DNA of 64,000 bases from Lama guanicoe (GCA_013239625.1 MU053594.1:2608127-2672126), one strand, 5' to 3'. Positions 1-12,910 are shown, numbered from the stretch's first letter. Program-made: numbers and translations. Notes: generated from the letters alone by a model not told the origin.

Positions 1-506
1 ACTGTGGTTTTTCCTCTGCAAGCCACTTGTAATGTTTCCCTCAGCTCCTGGGCATCTCACAGCCCACCCTATCCCATGGCTGCCACAACACCTCTCCAAG
101 CCGTCAGCTTGGGCAAGAGCCAGTACACTTTCCAGTGGCCTCCATCTGATTGGTAAGATTCACTGTCCTTCCCGAGTAGGAGGTAGTGTAGTCCAGCTGA
201 GGGTGGTCCCCTCCTCTGTGTCCTCAAGCAGCGTCTAGGCTCAGCCTCTTGTAACTTGTGCTCCCCAAACTTCAGGGGACACACGTCAAACCCTCTAAGT
301 GGTGTTTATGGAACCTTCACTCTCACGTGGTTAAAGGTGAGAAACACTTTCTGTCCCTGCCCTTCCACAGGGCTGGTGGAATGGGAGCACAAAGTGCCTG
401 GACAGCTCTCTAAGGAGAACTCCTTCCTCTTGGCTTTTAAAATTTCAGTACTTTTATGGCCACTAGCCAGGTGAGACTAAAATCTCAAAATCATTTTAAG
501 CTGGTT

Positions 507-580
507 GTGACAGTCTTAAAAGTGGGCCCATGACCCCTGCCTCCTGGTGTCTAGGCCTTTGTGTAGTCCTCTCCTGAGCA
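507..580 (+). mobile_element. MaLR (MLT1-type) LTR 5' fragment
   Basis: TGTGACAG...GGCCCATGACCCCTGCCTCCTGGTGTCTAGGCCTTTGTGTAGTCCTCTCC resembles the MLT1E/F LTR start; short and diverged. Confidence 0.5.
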
Positions 581-584
581 GGAA

Positions 585-1110
585 AAAAATCAGCAAAGGC
601 CATTAATTCACAATTCACAAAGGAATAAATGTAAATGACCACTAAATATTGAAAAATCATATAAAATCAAAGATGTTAATTTCCAACAACAAATTGCATT
701 TTTATAAAATAAAATGTGAACAAAAATGACAATATTCTATGCTAATTAAGGTGCAGTGAGACAAGAATTACCACAACCTAAGATGGAAATGTAAATTATT
801 ACCAATGTTTGCAAAAACACTTTGATAATATCTATTAAGAAATGCATTGGAATTCATATCTTTTGGTCAAATAACTCTGCTTTTAGGACTCTATCCTAAA
901 GAAATCTGAAAAATGGGCAAAGAAATATGTAAGAGCTTTCCTGAACAGGATTGTTTAAACTAGCTGAAAATTAGGAAAGAATTAAATACTTGATATTAGT
1001 AGACTAGATAAAAATAGAGAACTGATTTAAAATACCTGTAGCTGATAAAGTATTAATCAAACATTAAAACATATTTAATGATGTGAAAATATGCAATATT
1101 CATTTAAAAA
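585..1110 (+). mobile_element. Ancient L1 (L1ME-like) ORF2-end/3' UTR fragment
   Basis: A-rich sequence with degraded L1 motifs (CAATTCACAAAGGAA, GGAAATGTAAATT, ACTCTGCTTTTAGGACTCTATCCTAAAGAAAT). Confidence 0.55.
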
Positions 1111-2589
1111 TTGACATAAAGTGCAAAATGCTCATCTACTCAGTAAAATTTTTACTAAGTACGTTTACTGCTTCTTAAGCTTTGTGTTAAATCCTGAGTA
1201 TGCTGTGATCACAATTATTTCTACAGAAAGAAGTATCCCATTGATTGTTCTGAGTGGTGAAATTATTATATTTTTTAATTAATTGCCTCATACTTCTCTT
1301 CATTTTCCAAAATTTCTCCACATACTTGTAAAGCAATAAATGAAAAACTTTAAAATCTCATCTTTTGCAGTACTTTCCCTGACGTTCTGACCGAAGATTA
1401 GGCTGTCTCAGGCCCTCGGTGAGGCAGGAGCTTGGGTAGCACAAATCATCTCCTGGTTTATCACGGGTTAATGGGGAGTGGGCATGGTGGGTAATTAAAA
1501 ACAAACAAAGGAGAGATGCTTACATTTTTGGATACAGTAGAAGATGGAAGGGTTGCATAAGGAGAGCTTTTTTCAAGAGGCCAGCGTGGCTTCCTGCTGA
1601 GATTCAGCAAAGCTGCACGTGTGTGCCTGAGCTCCCTCCGAGCCTGGCTGCCTAGCAACCACCACATAAAGTCATCTTTCTCTCCTTTGGAAAAAGCCTT
1701 CCAGGCTATGCATGACTTAAATGAAGATGTTCTAGTTCACTGGAGCTTGGAGAGCAATGACTTGTAGCTGTCTCTGGCATTTGTGCTGGGCACATCAGAA
1801 AATAAAATGAAGACGCTGTACGTGCCCTGCGCCTTCATTTCCACGTGTGGGAGGTGGGGCAGTGAAAGGGCCAGCTCTTCTCCCAAGGCCTTATTTCTTC
1901 CCTCCTGCACCGAAACTCCCTTAGTGCAGAGTAGCAGCTTTGGGCTCCAGGCCTGGCAACACTTGTGTTTTGAAGGCAGCTTGTGGGGAAAGGATAGGAG
2001 CCGAGCAGAGGGCACGAGGGTTGGCTAAGAGACCTTCTTGCTCCAGGATCATTTTTCTGCTTTCCAAGGGCAGCCCCCTAGAAAAACATTCTAGAAGCTA
2101 GACTAAATAAGGCCTTCTTTTTCTGCAGTCACTATGCCCCTCTGATTCCTGTCCTCTAGAAATTGAATATGGCCTTTAAGCTTTCCCAGTTCAGATTTTG
2201 CCCTGCTGTCTGCACACCCACGTGTGTTATGTCTTAATGCTCTTCACTGGAAGTTCCAAGATGATCCTGATCAACTCCTTTTCTGCAGTGACCAGTGCAC
2301 TTTTTCCAGTATCACTCGGGTTCTCAAGGCCCCCTCACTGGGTGACTCCACTCCTGCCTCTAGGCTGTCTTCAGAATAGCACCTCGGTCATGAAGCCGTC
2401 TTACCCAGCTCTTACCAAAATAGCACATGCAGCAGGGTTTCCAAAAACAGCTACAGTGATGGCAAGGAGGGATGGCCGAGGGAGAGGAATGGCCTCTGTG
2501 ACAAAATGGCCCTCCTCTTTCCCTTGTGAAGGTAGATGGTATTAATGATTTCACATGCCTGCACTACTTCTCTATGTAAAATTGAATTT

Positions 2590-2720
2590 CATTTTAATTA
2601 GTGACTGTCTATTATATGTGACAGCAGTAGTCTGTAAGGGGTCTTGTAAGAAGGGATATGATATGCTGCTCTCCAAATTGCTTACAGGCTAATGGGAAAG
2701 ACACACTACTAAACGAACGA
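2590..2720 (-). mobile_element. L2 3' fragment
   Basis: TGACTGTCTATTATATGTGACAG...TGCTCTCCAAATTGCTTACAGGCTAATGGGAAAGACA resembles the reverse complement of the L2 3' end. Confidence 0.45.
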
Positions 2721-3240
2721 TACAAAAGACAAGGGAAGAGGGGGTGGAAGGGATGGTGTTCAGTGGCCTGGGGAGAACCACCTGTGTCTCAGGCAGGGAT
2801 GCTGACATCACGGCACAGAGGGCTCTGGTGGAACGGTGAAATGAAATGTTCCCTCCTGGAGCGGGGGGGGGGGCGAGGAGCAGGCCACACGGAGGGTGGA
2901 GAGTCTGAAGACTAGAAGATAGAGTGTTCAGGGACCAGATATGGAAGGTACTAAACAGAAAGACAGGACTTCTAATAGGTGAAGCCTGAGGAACCTACAG
3001 GAGGGCAAGGATCTTACAGAGTGGAGGGGACTTGGGGGATCAAAGAAGCAGAGGCCTTCCTTAAGCAGAAGATCCAAAAGGACCAGCCTGCAAAGTGGGA
3101 AGGAGAGAAAAGAACCACATTGAAAGGCTGCCTAGGACGTGGGCCCTCAAAACAGAAGGCCCTGCCGGAGTTGCAGGTGGGCGACCGAAGTGAGGAAATC
3201 AACGTTTACTCAACAAACTTCTGTGAACCAGCCACTGTGC

Positions 3241-4024
3241 TGTTAATAAGAACTGTGAAAAATCTGAGATTTCATCCTTATGAGTTATTCTGACAGTTTC
3301 AGGGATGCTAGTCACAGACCTGGGACTCCTGGGTTAGAGATGGCACAGCTAGTGGCTTGAGCATACACATATACGCATCAATTCTCTGCTCAGGTCCCAC
3401 GAGGGTGAAGCAGATGGGACCAAATGGACACCGGTGCATGCAGCAGGTTTCATTAGTGGGGAGGAATCTGGAGCTAAGGGAATTCATATCTTTTTTTTCC
3501 TTTTCAATAATGTAAATGTTTTAAAGATGCAGCATGCAAATTACTAAAATTTGCAAAATGCAGGCTTAGAAGAAAGCCCCATCTCCTTGTGTTATCAGTC
3601 TTTCACCCTGGCACTGCACTAGGGTCACATGCATCTACAATGTTTCTTCTGAAGAGTTTTTCTCAAGGAGTCTCTCAGAGGATTTTTTTTTTAATTGAGG
3701 ATAATTGACATAAACATTTTATTAGTTTCAGGTGTCCAACATAATTATTTGATAGTTGTATATATTGCAAAATGATCCTCAAACTAAAACTAGTTAACAT
3801 CTGTTACCATAGGTAGTTACACGAAATATATATTTTTAAACGAACAGTATCTTTTTAAATGAGCAGTCAGCATGCTTGCTCTTTTCTCTGGAGGGAGACA
3901 TTTTTCCAAGGTTGTTTGCTATACTCATACCCTTAAAAGATGGTCCAGAATAAAGGATAGTCAATGCCTCTGCTTGTAGGATGTGCAGACATGCCACAGA
4001 CCCCCAAGAACTGTCTTCCCATCA
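3241..4024 (-). mobile_element. ERVL solo LTR (LTR40-like), interrupted by a ~360 bp insertion
   Basis: The minus strand begins TGATGGGAAGACAGTTCTTGGGGGTCTGTGGCATGTCTGCACATCC and ends AAATCTCAGATTTTTCACAGTTCTTATTAACA (TG...CA). The LTR is colinear across the 3491-3847 insertion. Confidence 0.75.
3683..3830 (-). mobile_element. 5'-truncated L1 3' end
   Basis: T10 followed by AATTGAGGATAATTGACATAAACATTTTATTAGTTTCAGGTGTCCAACATAAT, the typical reverse-complement L1 3' terminus; similar to 25310-25400. Confidence 0.8.
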
Positions 4025-5709
4025 CTGTGTGGTTAATGCCTGTAGCTGTGCTTCATGACTACAGACTAGCATTCAAAAATGGTCTGAAAGAGGTTACTGA
4101 GCATCCTTTCAAAATGGAAGTTGAGTTTTTTTTTAAAGGCACTTTATACAATTTCTAGAATGTTTGTATTTTCTCCATGTTTGTTAATTTTGAGAATCAT
4201 GTCTCTTTCTCTAGGAGATGAGCCATAAAAGTAAAAGGATTTCAGCAAGGAAGGAGAGAAATGGAAAGATGGCTGGAGTCTTCTGGCAGAATCTGTGAAA
4301 CAAGCTGGGGTAATCAGCTCTCCAGCAGGGCATCCTCTGTTTCTCCAGTGCCTTCACGACGGACTCCCTACCCTGGGGCTCTGCACCGCTGGGCAGCCTC
4401 TGTTTCATTTGAAGTCCTGCCTCCCTCCAGTATTGGGAAACAGAGCAAATAATTGTACCCAGAAATCCAGCCTCAGGCTACAGCTGTAGGTGGATACTGT
4501 CTGGGCAGGCAGTTTCCTGGACCTTATACCACAATGCATTTAAGAAAGAATTAATCTAAGCAGAAATGACAGTGCTCATTTTATGCTATTTTAACATGAA
4601 TCGTAACTCTCTCTTCAGCTCAAGGATTTCTAGAGAGATTCATTTGATCTGCAAGATTTAATCTTAGCCCTTTCAGAAGAGCTGAGGTTTCTGTGGATTT
4701 CCAAAACATTTCACTCCAATATTTAATTCCTGTTGTTTTATGCCAATTGTTTCTCAAATATTACAAACAAATTGTTCTGCTTTGCTAAGATTCCTGTGGT
4801 TTTTTCTTTTTTCCCATCTCTTTTTTTTAAAGTGTCCTGCTTAGGACATTTTATTATCAATCAACTTCTAGACCAGGATTAATTACATTTGGGAAAAGGA
4901 CAGGCTATGAAACTGTAGACTTCTTGATTGCTAGTAGTTGGCCCTTAGCAAAGAAAAATTGGCTAGAGAAATCTGAAAACAACAGACGTCACCTAGATTT
5001 CTCACTTCTCTATTCAAAGTTAACTGAATCTCTGCCTGAATTCTAGAACTTAACGCATCCAAAGACGTAATTAATCAATGATGAAAATAGAGCTGCATAA
5101 TAACAGTTAAGTTTGATCAACACTGCCTACGACATGTAAAAAAGCGCATAATGCTGGGAAGGGGGGAACTACAGAAAGTTTTCTTAAGGCTTTCCTTAGA
5201 TGACACCTGGAAATTCATCTGGAACTTCTTACTTGGTATGGGATCAAGCAAGAATGTAATATTGAATCTCACCACATTAAAATTTATGATGCCCTTCAGA
5301 GATACAGCGTTGATTCATTGTTTTTCTACAGAATCTTGGTTCAAATGTCTGGAATATTTTGCAGAATTAATCAATAATGGCTTTAGGCTAGAAGATACCC
5401 TTGGTAATGGGGTCTGGCCATTCTTTTAGAAGGTAGAGCTCTTAGGGTTAGACAAGTTGGAGAGCCATATAGAAGGACTGAGAATCTGAGTTAATGGATC
5501 ACTCAGGTTTACAGGGCAGGATTACATTCATTACATGGAGCTCAGGAAAGGAGAACAAATGGCTTGGCCAAAGGCCATAAGTGCTATTAAATACACAGAA
5601 AGTTTAGGTCTTTGGGAGGTGGGCCTATATACCCCATACTTCACATGTGCAGGACACGATGTCCTGTGAACCTGTGTTTTCCCCTGTTACTGAAGTGGGT
5701 TTAGTGAAA

Positions 5710-5951
5710 TGAACAGGAACTGAAGCTTTGGAGTCAAAGAGACAGACAGAGAGAGAGAGAGAGACAAACTCAATGGTTTATTCATTTGCTGGCCAGTAAT
5801 GGAACGTCTTTGTCTCTTAAGATTGAGGAGGGAAAAACAAGAGCACCTATCTTCCAGAGTTTGCGGAAAATTAAGTAAAATAATATATTTAAGGTGGTTA
5901 GCATAGTGTCTGGCACTAGCATTTGTTAAATACTAGCTCTTGTAATTATTA
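5710..5951 (+). mobile_element. MIR SINE containing a (GA)n tract
   Basis: GCTTTGGAGTCAAA...CACCTATCTTCCAGAGTTTGCGGAAAATTAAGTAAAATAATATATTTAAGGTGGTTAGCATAGTGTCTGGCAC matches the MIR core and tail. Confidence 0.65.
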
Positions 5952-7262
5952 CCACTGGAGTTATACCCAGCAGCCTTACAACAGATTCATAGTGTCAGCC
6001 ACCAAGCATACTCCGTAGCAAACTTTAAGACTGGGAATCTCAGAAGGAAGACATTGGCCTTGTTCGTGAGTCCACCAGCGAAGTGCTAAGTGCTGTAGCT
6101 TAGAACAGTTGGCTTGGTAAATCAGAAAATTGTTTTATGATAAACATGAAATTAGATAAAGAGAGAGAATAAAAACAAGAGCAACATAGCAAAATTCATC
6201 AATCAATCCATTGATTTTTCTCACTTAATAGACAGTTTTTGAAGGCCTACTGCCTACATAAAAGATTTATATGCTGAAGACATGAAGGAAACATATGTCT
6301 ACATCCCTGCCCTCCACTCCAGCTACTGTAAGCCAAAGGACAGAATTAATATTTGCTTATTTAAAATCAATGACAGTTTATCTATGTAAATGTCAAGCTA
6401 CTTTCACATTTTCTCATCCCTGTAGTAAACAGAGTTCTTGGCAAACAGAAATAATCTTCAAAATTTTAAATGTATCGAGTTGCTGACCTGCCCATGAAAA
6501 ATTCTTACTGCTTATTAACTAAAATACAATACTCAGTAGTGCCGAAGGAGTATAATAAAATGAAAACAATTTATTCATAAGATCCTAATTTATAGATAAT
6601 CCCCACTCATGAAAATACTACCTTAAGATTTATCAGTCTTTCAAGTTTCCATTTTAACAAATGTGCAATCACTTAAACAAAAGCAGTGAAACTGGAAAAA
6701 AAATGAAGACTTCCAAATGACTCCAGAAAAAAAGTCAGAAACTTTTTTTCCTTGGATTTTATAAGAAGTCTTATTGGAAGATGAAATTAGTCTACAGGTT
6801 CTCCGTCCCTCTTTCAGAAACCGGTAGCAAAGATGACAAGGATGCCTCCCTGAGGGACAGGTGTATCTGAGTGCTGCTGGTGGATGGAGTGATCCCCTCC
6901 ACCCCAGGAAAGGCCCCTGGGTGGGATGTAACTTCAGGGGACATTATATGGGTTTACTGGAGGGGTGGGCAAAGCAGGACATTCCCCTCTTTAATTGCCC
7001 CCATGAATCAATTCCTAACATGGGACACCTGCCTTGATACCAACATGGGGGAAGGAAGCCTGGCTAGCTGTTCCACTTTCAAGCGGGAGAGACAGACCCA
7101 AAGGATATAAATTTCCAAGAGCAGTTTACTCTCCTTTCTACTGGACTTTACTTTTGAGGGTGCTGGACCTTATGTTCCATCAAAACAGGGGTCATATTAA
7201 AACATGTGTTCAGCTGGTCATGAGAGAAGACCAGAGTTGTGAACAGTAGGGTAAGCTCTAAC

Positions 7263-7403
7263 CACACTGGTGGTGGGAATGCAGTTTGGTGCAGTCATTG
7301 TGGAAAACAGCATGGAGATTCCTCAAAAGACTAGGAATAGACTTACCATTTGATCCAGCAACCCCACTCCTGGGCATATATCCAGGAGGAACCCTAATTC
7401 AAA
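7263..7403 (+). mobile_element. L1 ORF2 C-terminal fragment
   Basis: Translates [32 protein letters not shown], the L1 ORF2p C-terminal motif. Confidence 0.9.
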
Positions 7404-7504
7404 TTCCCAATTTATCCCTCCACCCCCGTCTTTCCCCACTGGTAACTACAAGCTCGTTTTTTACATCCATGAGTCTGCTTCTGCTTTGTAAATGAGTTCA
7501 TTTG
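7400..7504 (-). mobile_element. L1 3' UTR fragment, inverted relative to the adjoining piece
   Basis: Reverse complement CAAATGAACTCATTTACAAAGCAGAAGCAGACTCATGG...GGAGGGATAAATTGGGAA aligns by eye with the L1 3' UTR at 40662-40760. Confidence 0.85.
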
Positions 7505-9279
7505 CTAAATTCTTTATGGAATGTTGGGATCTTATTGACCTGGGACTCCCGTTCCAGCCTCATTACTATGTTTCTTCTTGTGTTAAATCCAGGTAACTCT
7601 GGTCCTTCCTGGAATATTAGCTCCCAGAGGAGCTCATGTTAGGTACTCGTATCAGGTATTAAGTACAGAACCACAGACCCTAAAATAAGATTATTTGATG
7701 ATGAAATAAACTGCAGGAGAGATGTTAAAAGGGAGGAGGGGATTGTGAATAATTCAAACAGGAGGAAGGCAGAGAGCACAGTGTAACAGGACTTTCACCA
7801 AAGCCCAGTAGTTTTCTACAGATACCACAGTGCATTCTGTTCTTTGACAAAACAAAAAGCAAACCTAAAAGAAACACAAAACACTGCACCCTTGCTGTGT
7901 CTTCTGAGTCATGGCGATTTCCAATCTGTGAGTGGAGGACTCCTGTTGGGGATGGAGTGTGGGAAAGAAAATTCTTGCAAAGGCCCCCGTGATCAAAATG
8001 CTTTCCGAGTAATTGCGGACGACACTTTAGACAGAACTGGAGAGAGGTGCTGCACATATATGTGTGCTGTCATTTTCAGTGGGCAGATAAACATACTGCT
8101 ATAATTAACAGAATTAAAATTCCTTTAAATACTCTTGCTGAACTATTAGTCAACTTTTGTTATTATATTTTTTCTCAACTGCTTGCTATTGACAGTGACT
8201 ATTCTGGAGAGTTCTTGAAAGTACTAGAAGTTAAAAAGGGGACCCTCTTAGATGAAAAGTTTGAGAGTCAACTACTCTTGATATAAATGCTTGTCCTTCC
8301 TGCAAAAATCAAAGTTTCTTCTCCAAGAATTGAAGTTAGCAGCTAGTGAGATCTTAACAGCTCCTTTTCCATCTCTTTGGTTCAGTTTTGATGACACTTT
8401 GTTTCAGTGTAATTCCCTAGGACAGCTCTAGGGTAGGGCTGGGAGCCAATGGTTTGTTTGTCTTTCAGCCAGCGGGGAGAAACTCCAGGACTCCTCTGCA
8501 GGACACATGAGGACTAGTGCAGCGTGCAGACAAAACAGGATATTACTTTCTGATTTAGTTCCATGCGAGAATTTCCCAAAGGGCTCTCGTGTTGCTTCTC
8601 CTAAGTAATCTGCATGGCAAAGTGGCCCCAGACCTGTCCCGTGACCCCTTTGCATATTAGTGTGGATAGATGTTGCCAAAAAAGAAGCGATTCCCAAAGA
8701 AGGATTTAACAAAAAATAGAGAAAATGCTACAGGAGCAAGATGAAAGCACATATTTATGAAAGGTATTTTAAGCATGGCTTTGAGTGGAGAGATGTATGT
8801 TCACAGACATTTACGAAGACTCAAACATCTGTTCTGATTAGGGAGGAGTATGATCCACTCAAGAGGGAGGGAAATGAATCACACTAGGTTTCAAACGCAT
8901 TGTCAGTATGTTTGGCACCAGCTTTACCTTCCTTATCATGTTGGACTTGGACTAATACACATGCAAGTTTGAATTCCCTGAACATACTCTATAGGAGAGT
9001 CGGGTGAGGGGTGGTGGGGACCAGCCTAGGCTAATTCACACCAGCATCCTTTCCCAAAGGTCCAGACAGAGCGGTGGCTCCATCCCTTTGCCCCTCCTCT
9101 TTTTCAGGATCCTTGATCCATTTCCTCTCCTTAAGCCTGCTCTCAGGAAGCGCCATGGAGGAGCCGGCTACTGAATGCCTCCACAGTGGTCACAAGCTAG
9201 ATTTCAGGTCCCCTCTAGTCCCAGACTAAGTTTACAGCCCTTTCTCTTGTCTCAGTCACACAGCACATCATAGTTTTCA

Positions 9280-9630
9280 TTTATTCACTGAACACACTTG
9301 GCTGGCTCACAAGCCTTTGTATGTGCAATTCTGTCTGAAATATCTTTCTCTAGCTGACAGTTTTCTTATTCTTGAAGGGAAATCTTTCTGACAAACTGTC
9401 CCAGATTCCTTAGGCACGCAGAATGGTTCACATGTAGTCAGCGCTCAACAACTGATAGGTGTTATTATTGTTAGGCAATTAGCCCCTCCCACCTCTAGAT
9501 TCCCATAGCCTTTTGTTCTATTGCTAATAGCCTAGGTTTTACTGCTGTTGTCTGCATAGCTCACTTGTGTGTTCTTGGACATCTAGTGTCCAGCACAACA
9601 CCTGGCACAAAATTTGTTAAAGGAATCAGG
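9280..9630 (+). mobile_element. L2 fragments
   Basis: GCCTTTGTATGTGCAATTCTGTCTGAAATATCTTTCTC and CTAGTGTCCAGCACAACACCTGGCACA resemble the L2 3' region. Confidence 0.45.
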
Positions 9631-9685
9631 TTGCAACTCAGGTACCTGGAAAAGCCACTGAGTAACACATTAAGAAGGTGTGTTC

Positions 9686-9971
9686 CAAACAGAAACAGAC
9701 TCATAGACATAGAATACAAAACTGTGGTTGCCAAGGGGGGTGGGAAGGGATAGACTGGGAGTTCAAAATTTGGAGATACTGACAGGCATATGCAGAATAG
9801 ATAAACAAGATTATACTGTATAGCACAGGGAAATATATACAAGATCTTGTGGTAGCTCACAGTGGAAAAAAAATGTGACAATGAATATATGTATGTTCAT
9901 GTATAACTGACAAATTGTGCTCACAACATTGTAAAATGACTGTGACTCAATTAAAAAAATGTGAAAAAAAA
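9686..9971 (+). mobile_element. Young 5'-truncated L1 (3' UTR plus A-tail) with diverged TSD
   Basis: ACAGAAACAGACTCATAGACATAG...ACTGTATAGCACAGGGAAATATATACAAGATC...A-rich tail. TSD AAGAAGGTGTGTTC (9672-9685, after TT) vs AAAAAGTTGTATTC (9967-9980), 11/14. Confidence 0.9.
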
Positions 9972-10715
9972 GTTGTATTCTTATAACAACAGGGAAGAGT
10001 AAAGGTTAGAGACAGAGCTTCTAGCCTAAAGAGACAGCATCAGCTCCACTCTGGTCAACTGCTGCTATGTAGAAACATTGAGATTAAAAAGGGAAAAGAA
10101 GCTGTAAGCCAGAATTTTGGTGTCTACTCTCTGAAGTTTTAAATCTTGGCAACTGACACAAATTTTCAAAACCACTGTGTGGGTTTTGTGAGTGAAACAC
10201 GTTTGAGGGCTGTCAGTTTCCGCTGTTTAGGGACTGGAGGTGGCAAACGAGTGTTGGCTTGTCTCCAGGTGAGACAGCCCCCCTTCCTTCTGGAGCCAGG
10301 AAGGCCTCTGCAGGTCTCTGTGTTGGCATCAGGAATAGGAGCACTTTCCTCTCCAGTGCCCAGGGCGCTCCGCAGTCTTCCATCTCCACTGACTTCCTAG
10401 GTTTTCAAACTGCTGTCAGGCTGCCTGCCCCAGAATCTCCTGCCTGTGTTAAGGATTGGCTGTCTGTGCTGTTAAAAATCAGGCTTGGAATCCTCGGACG
10501 GGCATTGTCTGTCTGGAAGTCTGAACAGCACCCCCTATGAGCAGGAAGTGAAGACAAGGGGTGGGGGACCCTGATTAGAAGAAGAGGTTGACCCCACCTT
10601 CAGATGAGGAAAGAGGACCTGGTTGGTAATCCGGGGGACTTCAATTTCAGTTCTGATAGTTCTTGGAATTTTCTGAGCCATCATAAGCTTTTTATTGGTG
10701 TTTTTCTCAGTTATT

Positions 10716-10860
10716 TTAAACAACCCTGCAAGCCAGGTGTGTTTATCCTTATTCCATTGATAAGAATACAGAACTCGGAGAGAGGGTTCACGTAATATCA
10801 TACAAGTAGAAAGTGCAGGGCTGGGAATAGCTTTGTCTATTTGCCTCCAAAGTCTTTGAT
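10716..10860 (-). mobile_element. MIR SINE
   Basis: ACAACCCTGCAAGCCAGGTG...ATTCCATTGATAAGAATACAGAACTCGGAGAGAGG resembles the MIR core (reverse). Confidence 0.55.
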
Positions 10861-12689
10861 CTTGTTCATTTTTTCCTGATGCCCCTGCAGCACAGGTGGG
10901 GGTTAGCCTGGGAGGAGAGATGGGGAAAGGAGTCTCCCTCCCTTTTTTCTCCCATCTGTAAGGGTCAGGTAACTAGACAGGGTTAGGGCAATTCCTCTGC
11001 CCCTGGTTTCCTGATTCACAGTCCCAGCAGCGCAAACAGGAGAGGAAGAGAGGGGCAGGTTTATGATAATAAATAGGCTTAGTTTTTATGACAACCACAG
11101 ATAACGCTGTCAGAGGGGTCCCAAGAAAAGAATGTTTAAGAAAGCACCTTGCGTATGAGAAAACTTGTCAACTCCAGGAATGCCTCCCCATGAGAGGCTA
11201 GGAGACTTTTCTCTCTGCACGATTTTAAACCGAATGGCTTCCCTTGGCGAGGCTCAGGCACGGATGTTTCTAGAGTCAAAGATAGATTGGATCATATTAA
11301 AATCCTTAGAAGTCACCTACTTTAGCCAGAATTTAAAACACCACACTGAAAAAGGAGGGCCAGAGAAGTAAAGGGAGATGCAGAAATCTATGAGCAGGTT
11401 GATTGCAGAGCTGAGCCCTGCAGCCTTATCTCTGAAACTTGTTTTCTGCCCTAATAGCCTCTCCCTGTGAATCTTCTTAACAGATACAAATGACCAGTGA
11501 TTGCAACAGACGACTTCTTGCTGCAGCCAAGCAAACAGGAGATGTGTGATGACCACAAATGGTCAGCCCTGCTGAGGAGCATGCCTAATAGGAAGACTCA
11601 CCCAAAATAAACAAAATACACGTAATTTGGGATTCCTAAGTGTCAGGGCAAGGCCAATTCCAACTTCTTGTAACTTTCTGAGATGTTACAATTAAAAAGA
11701 AATATGCAAGCCTGGGCACCCACCCCCTAGGTAGAGATTTCACGGCTTCTGGTGCCGTCACAGGCCATTAGTTAGGGTAATTAGGCCATGCATTCATCTC
11801 TCCTTGCCTTGCCTTCTCACTGCGAGAGGTGGTGGTTGGAAGTGGCGCTGGGGATTCTAAGCCTTGAGACAGATTCATGCTGGGAGGGGAGGGTGAGCAC
11901 CCCCTCTGGCACCAATGAGTGAGGGTCCCCGGACCATCTCCAGGCGCTTCAGGTTGCAGTCAGCAAGCCTCACAAGTTAGCACTGACAGGCGATGAGTCA
12001 TCCTTCCAGCTTGAATGAGGCTCATTATTCACACCGAGGTGCACAAGTGCCAGTTGGCATGGCTGGAAATAAATATATCCGAGTGTTGTCAGCAATGTCA
12101 TCTCAACGCCTACTCCGAAAAAATTTCAGATGTGTCCCACCTCCCCGTTGCTGGTGAGCACCGTGTGGCATAAAGTAGAAGGCTTGGCTCAACTCTAAAG
12201 AAGTGAAGGTGGTGAAGCCCAGTGGGCAGAGCCGTGAGATCTGGAGACATGGAGTGTGGGAAAGCAGCCAGCAGAGGGCCTGCCCAGCCCAGATGTGCAG
12301 AGAAGAGTCAGTTTTCTCTGCAACAGTAACCTCTCATCCTTGAAGCTGAGACAGGCTTGGGTTGGAATTGGGATTCTGTCACCACATGGACCTGGACCAC
12401 TTACTCTAACTTTGTTTGCCTCACCTGCCAATGAGCAGAGTAGGAATTTTTTACTGTCCACCTGGAAGAACTGTTGAGACCATCAGAGACCATGAGGCGC
12501 CCAGCACAGTGTCTTGTACATCAAAGGGCGTCAAATACTGATTATTGCTAATCTAAATACTTAGATAAAAGCGGACTTCCCTTTCATAATCTACGTAACA
12601 CTGTTTGCCTGATCCTTCCTTCTGCCCCAACTTGAATGTCTCAGGTTAAATCTGTGTTCTTCTGTGTGTATGAAAAGGAAGAATAAATG

Positions 12690-12910
12690 CAGGTAATAAC
12701 CTGCTGAATACTTATTATGTGCCAAGCTCCATTCTAACATTTGATATATGCAAATTCATTTCGTGTTTACAACCACCCTATGAAGTTTCACAGGTGACAT
12801 AGCTGAGGCCCAGAGGAGGGCCAGTGATCTCCCTGACCGTGTCATATGTCCAGCAAATGGCTGTGCCCAGCTTCATGTCCAGGCAGCTTCCTCAAGAGCT
12901 AGTCCCCACT
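12690..12910 (-). mobile_element. MIR SINE
   Basis: TACTTATTATGTGCCAAGC...ACAACCACCCTATGAAG...GCTGAGGCCCAGAGG matches reverse MIR. Confidence 0.7.
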
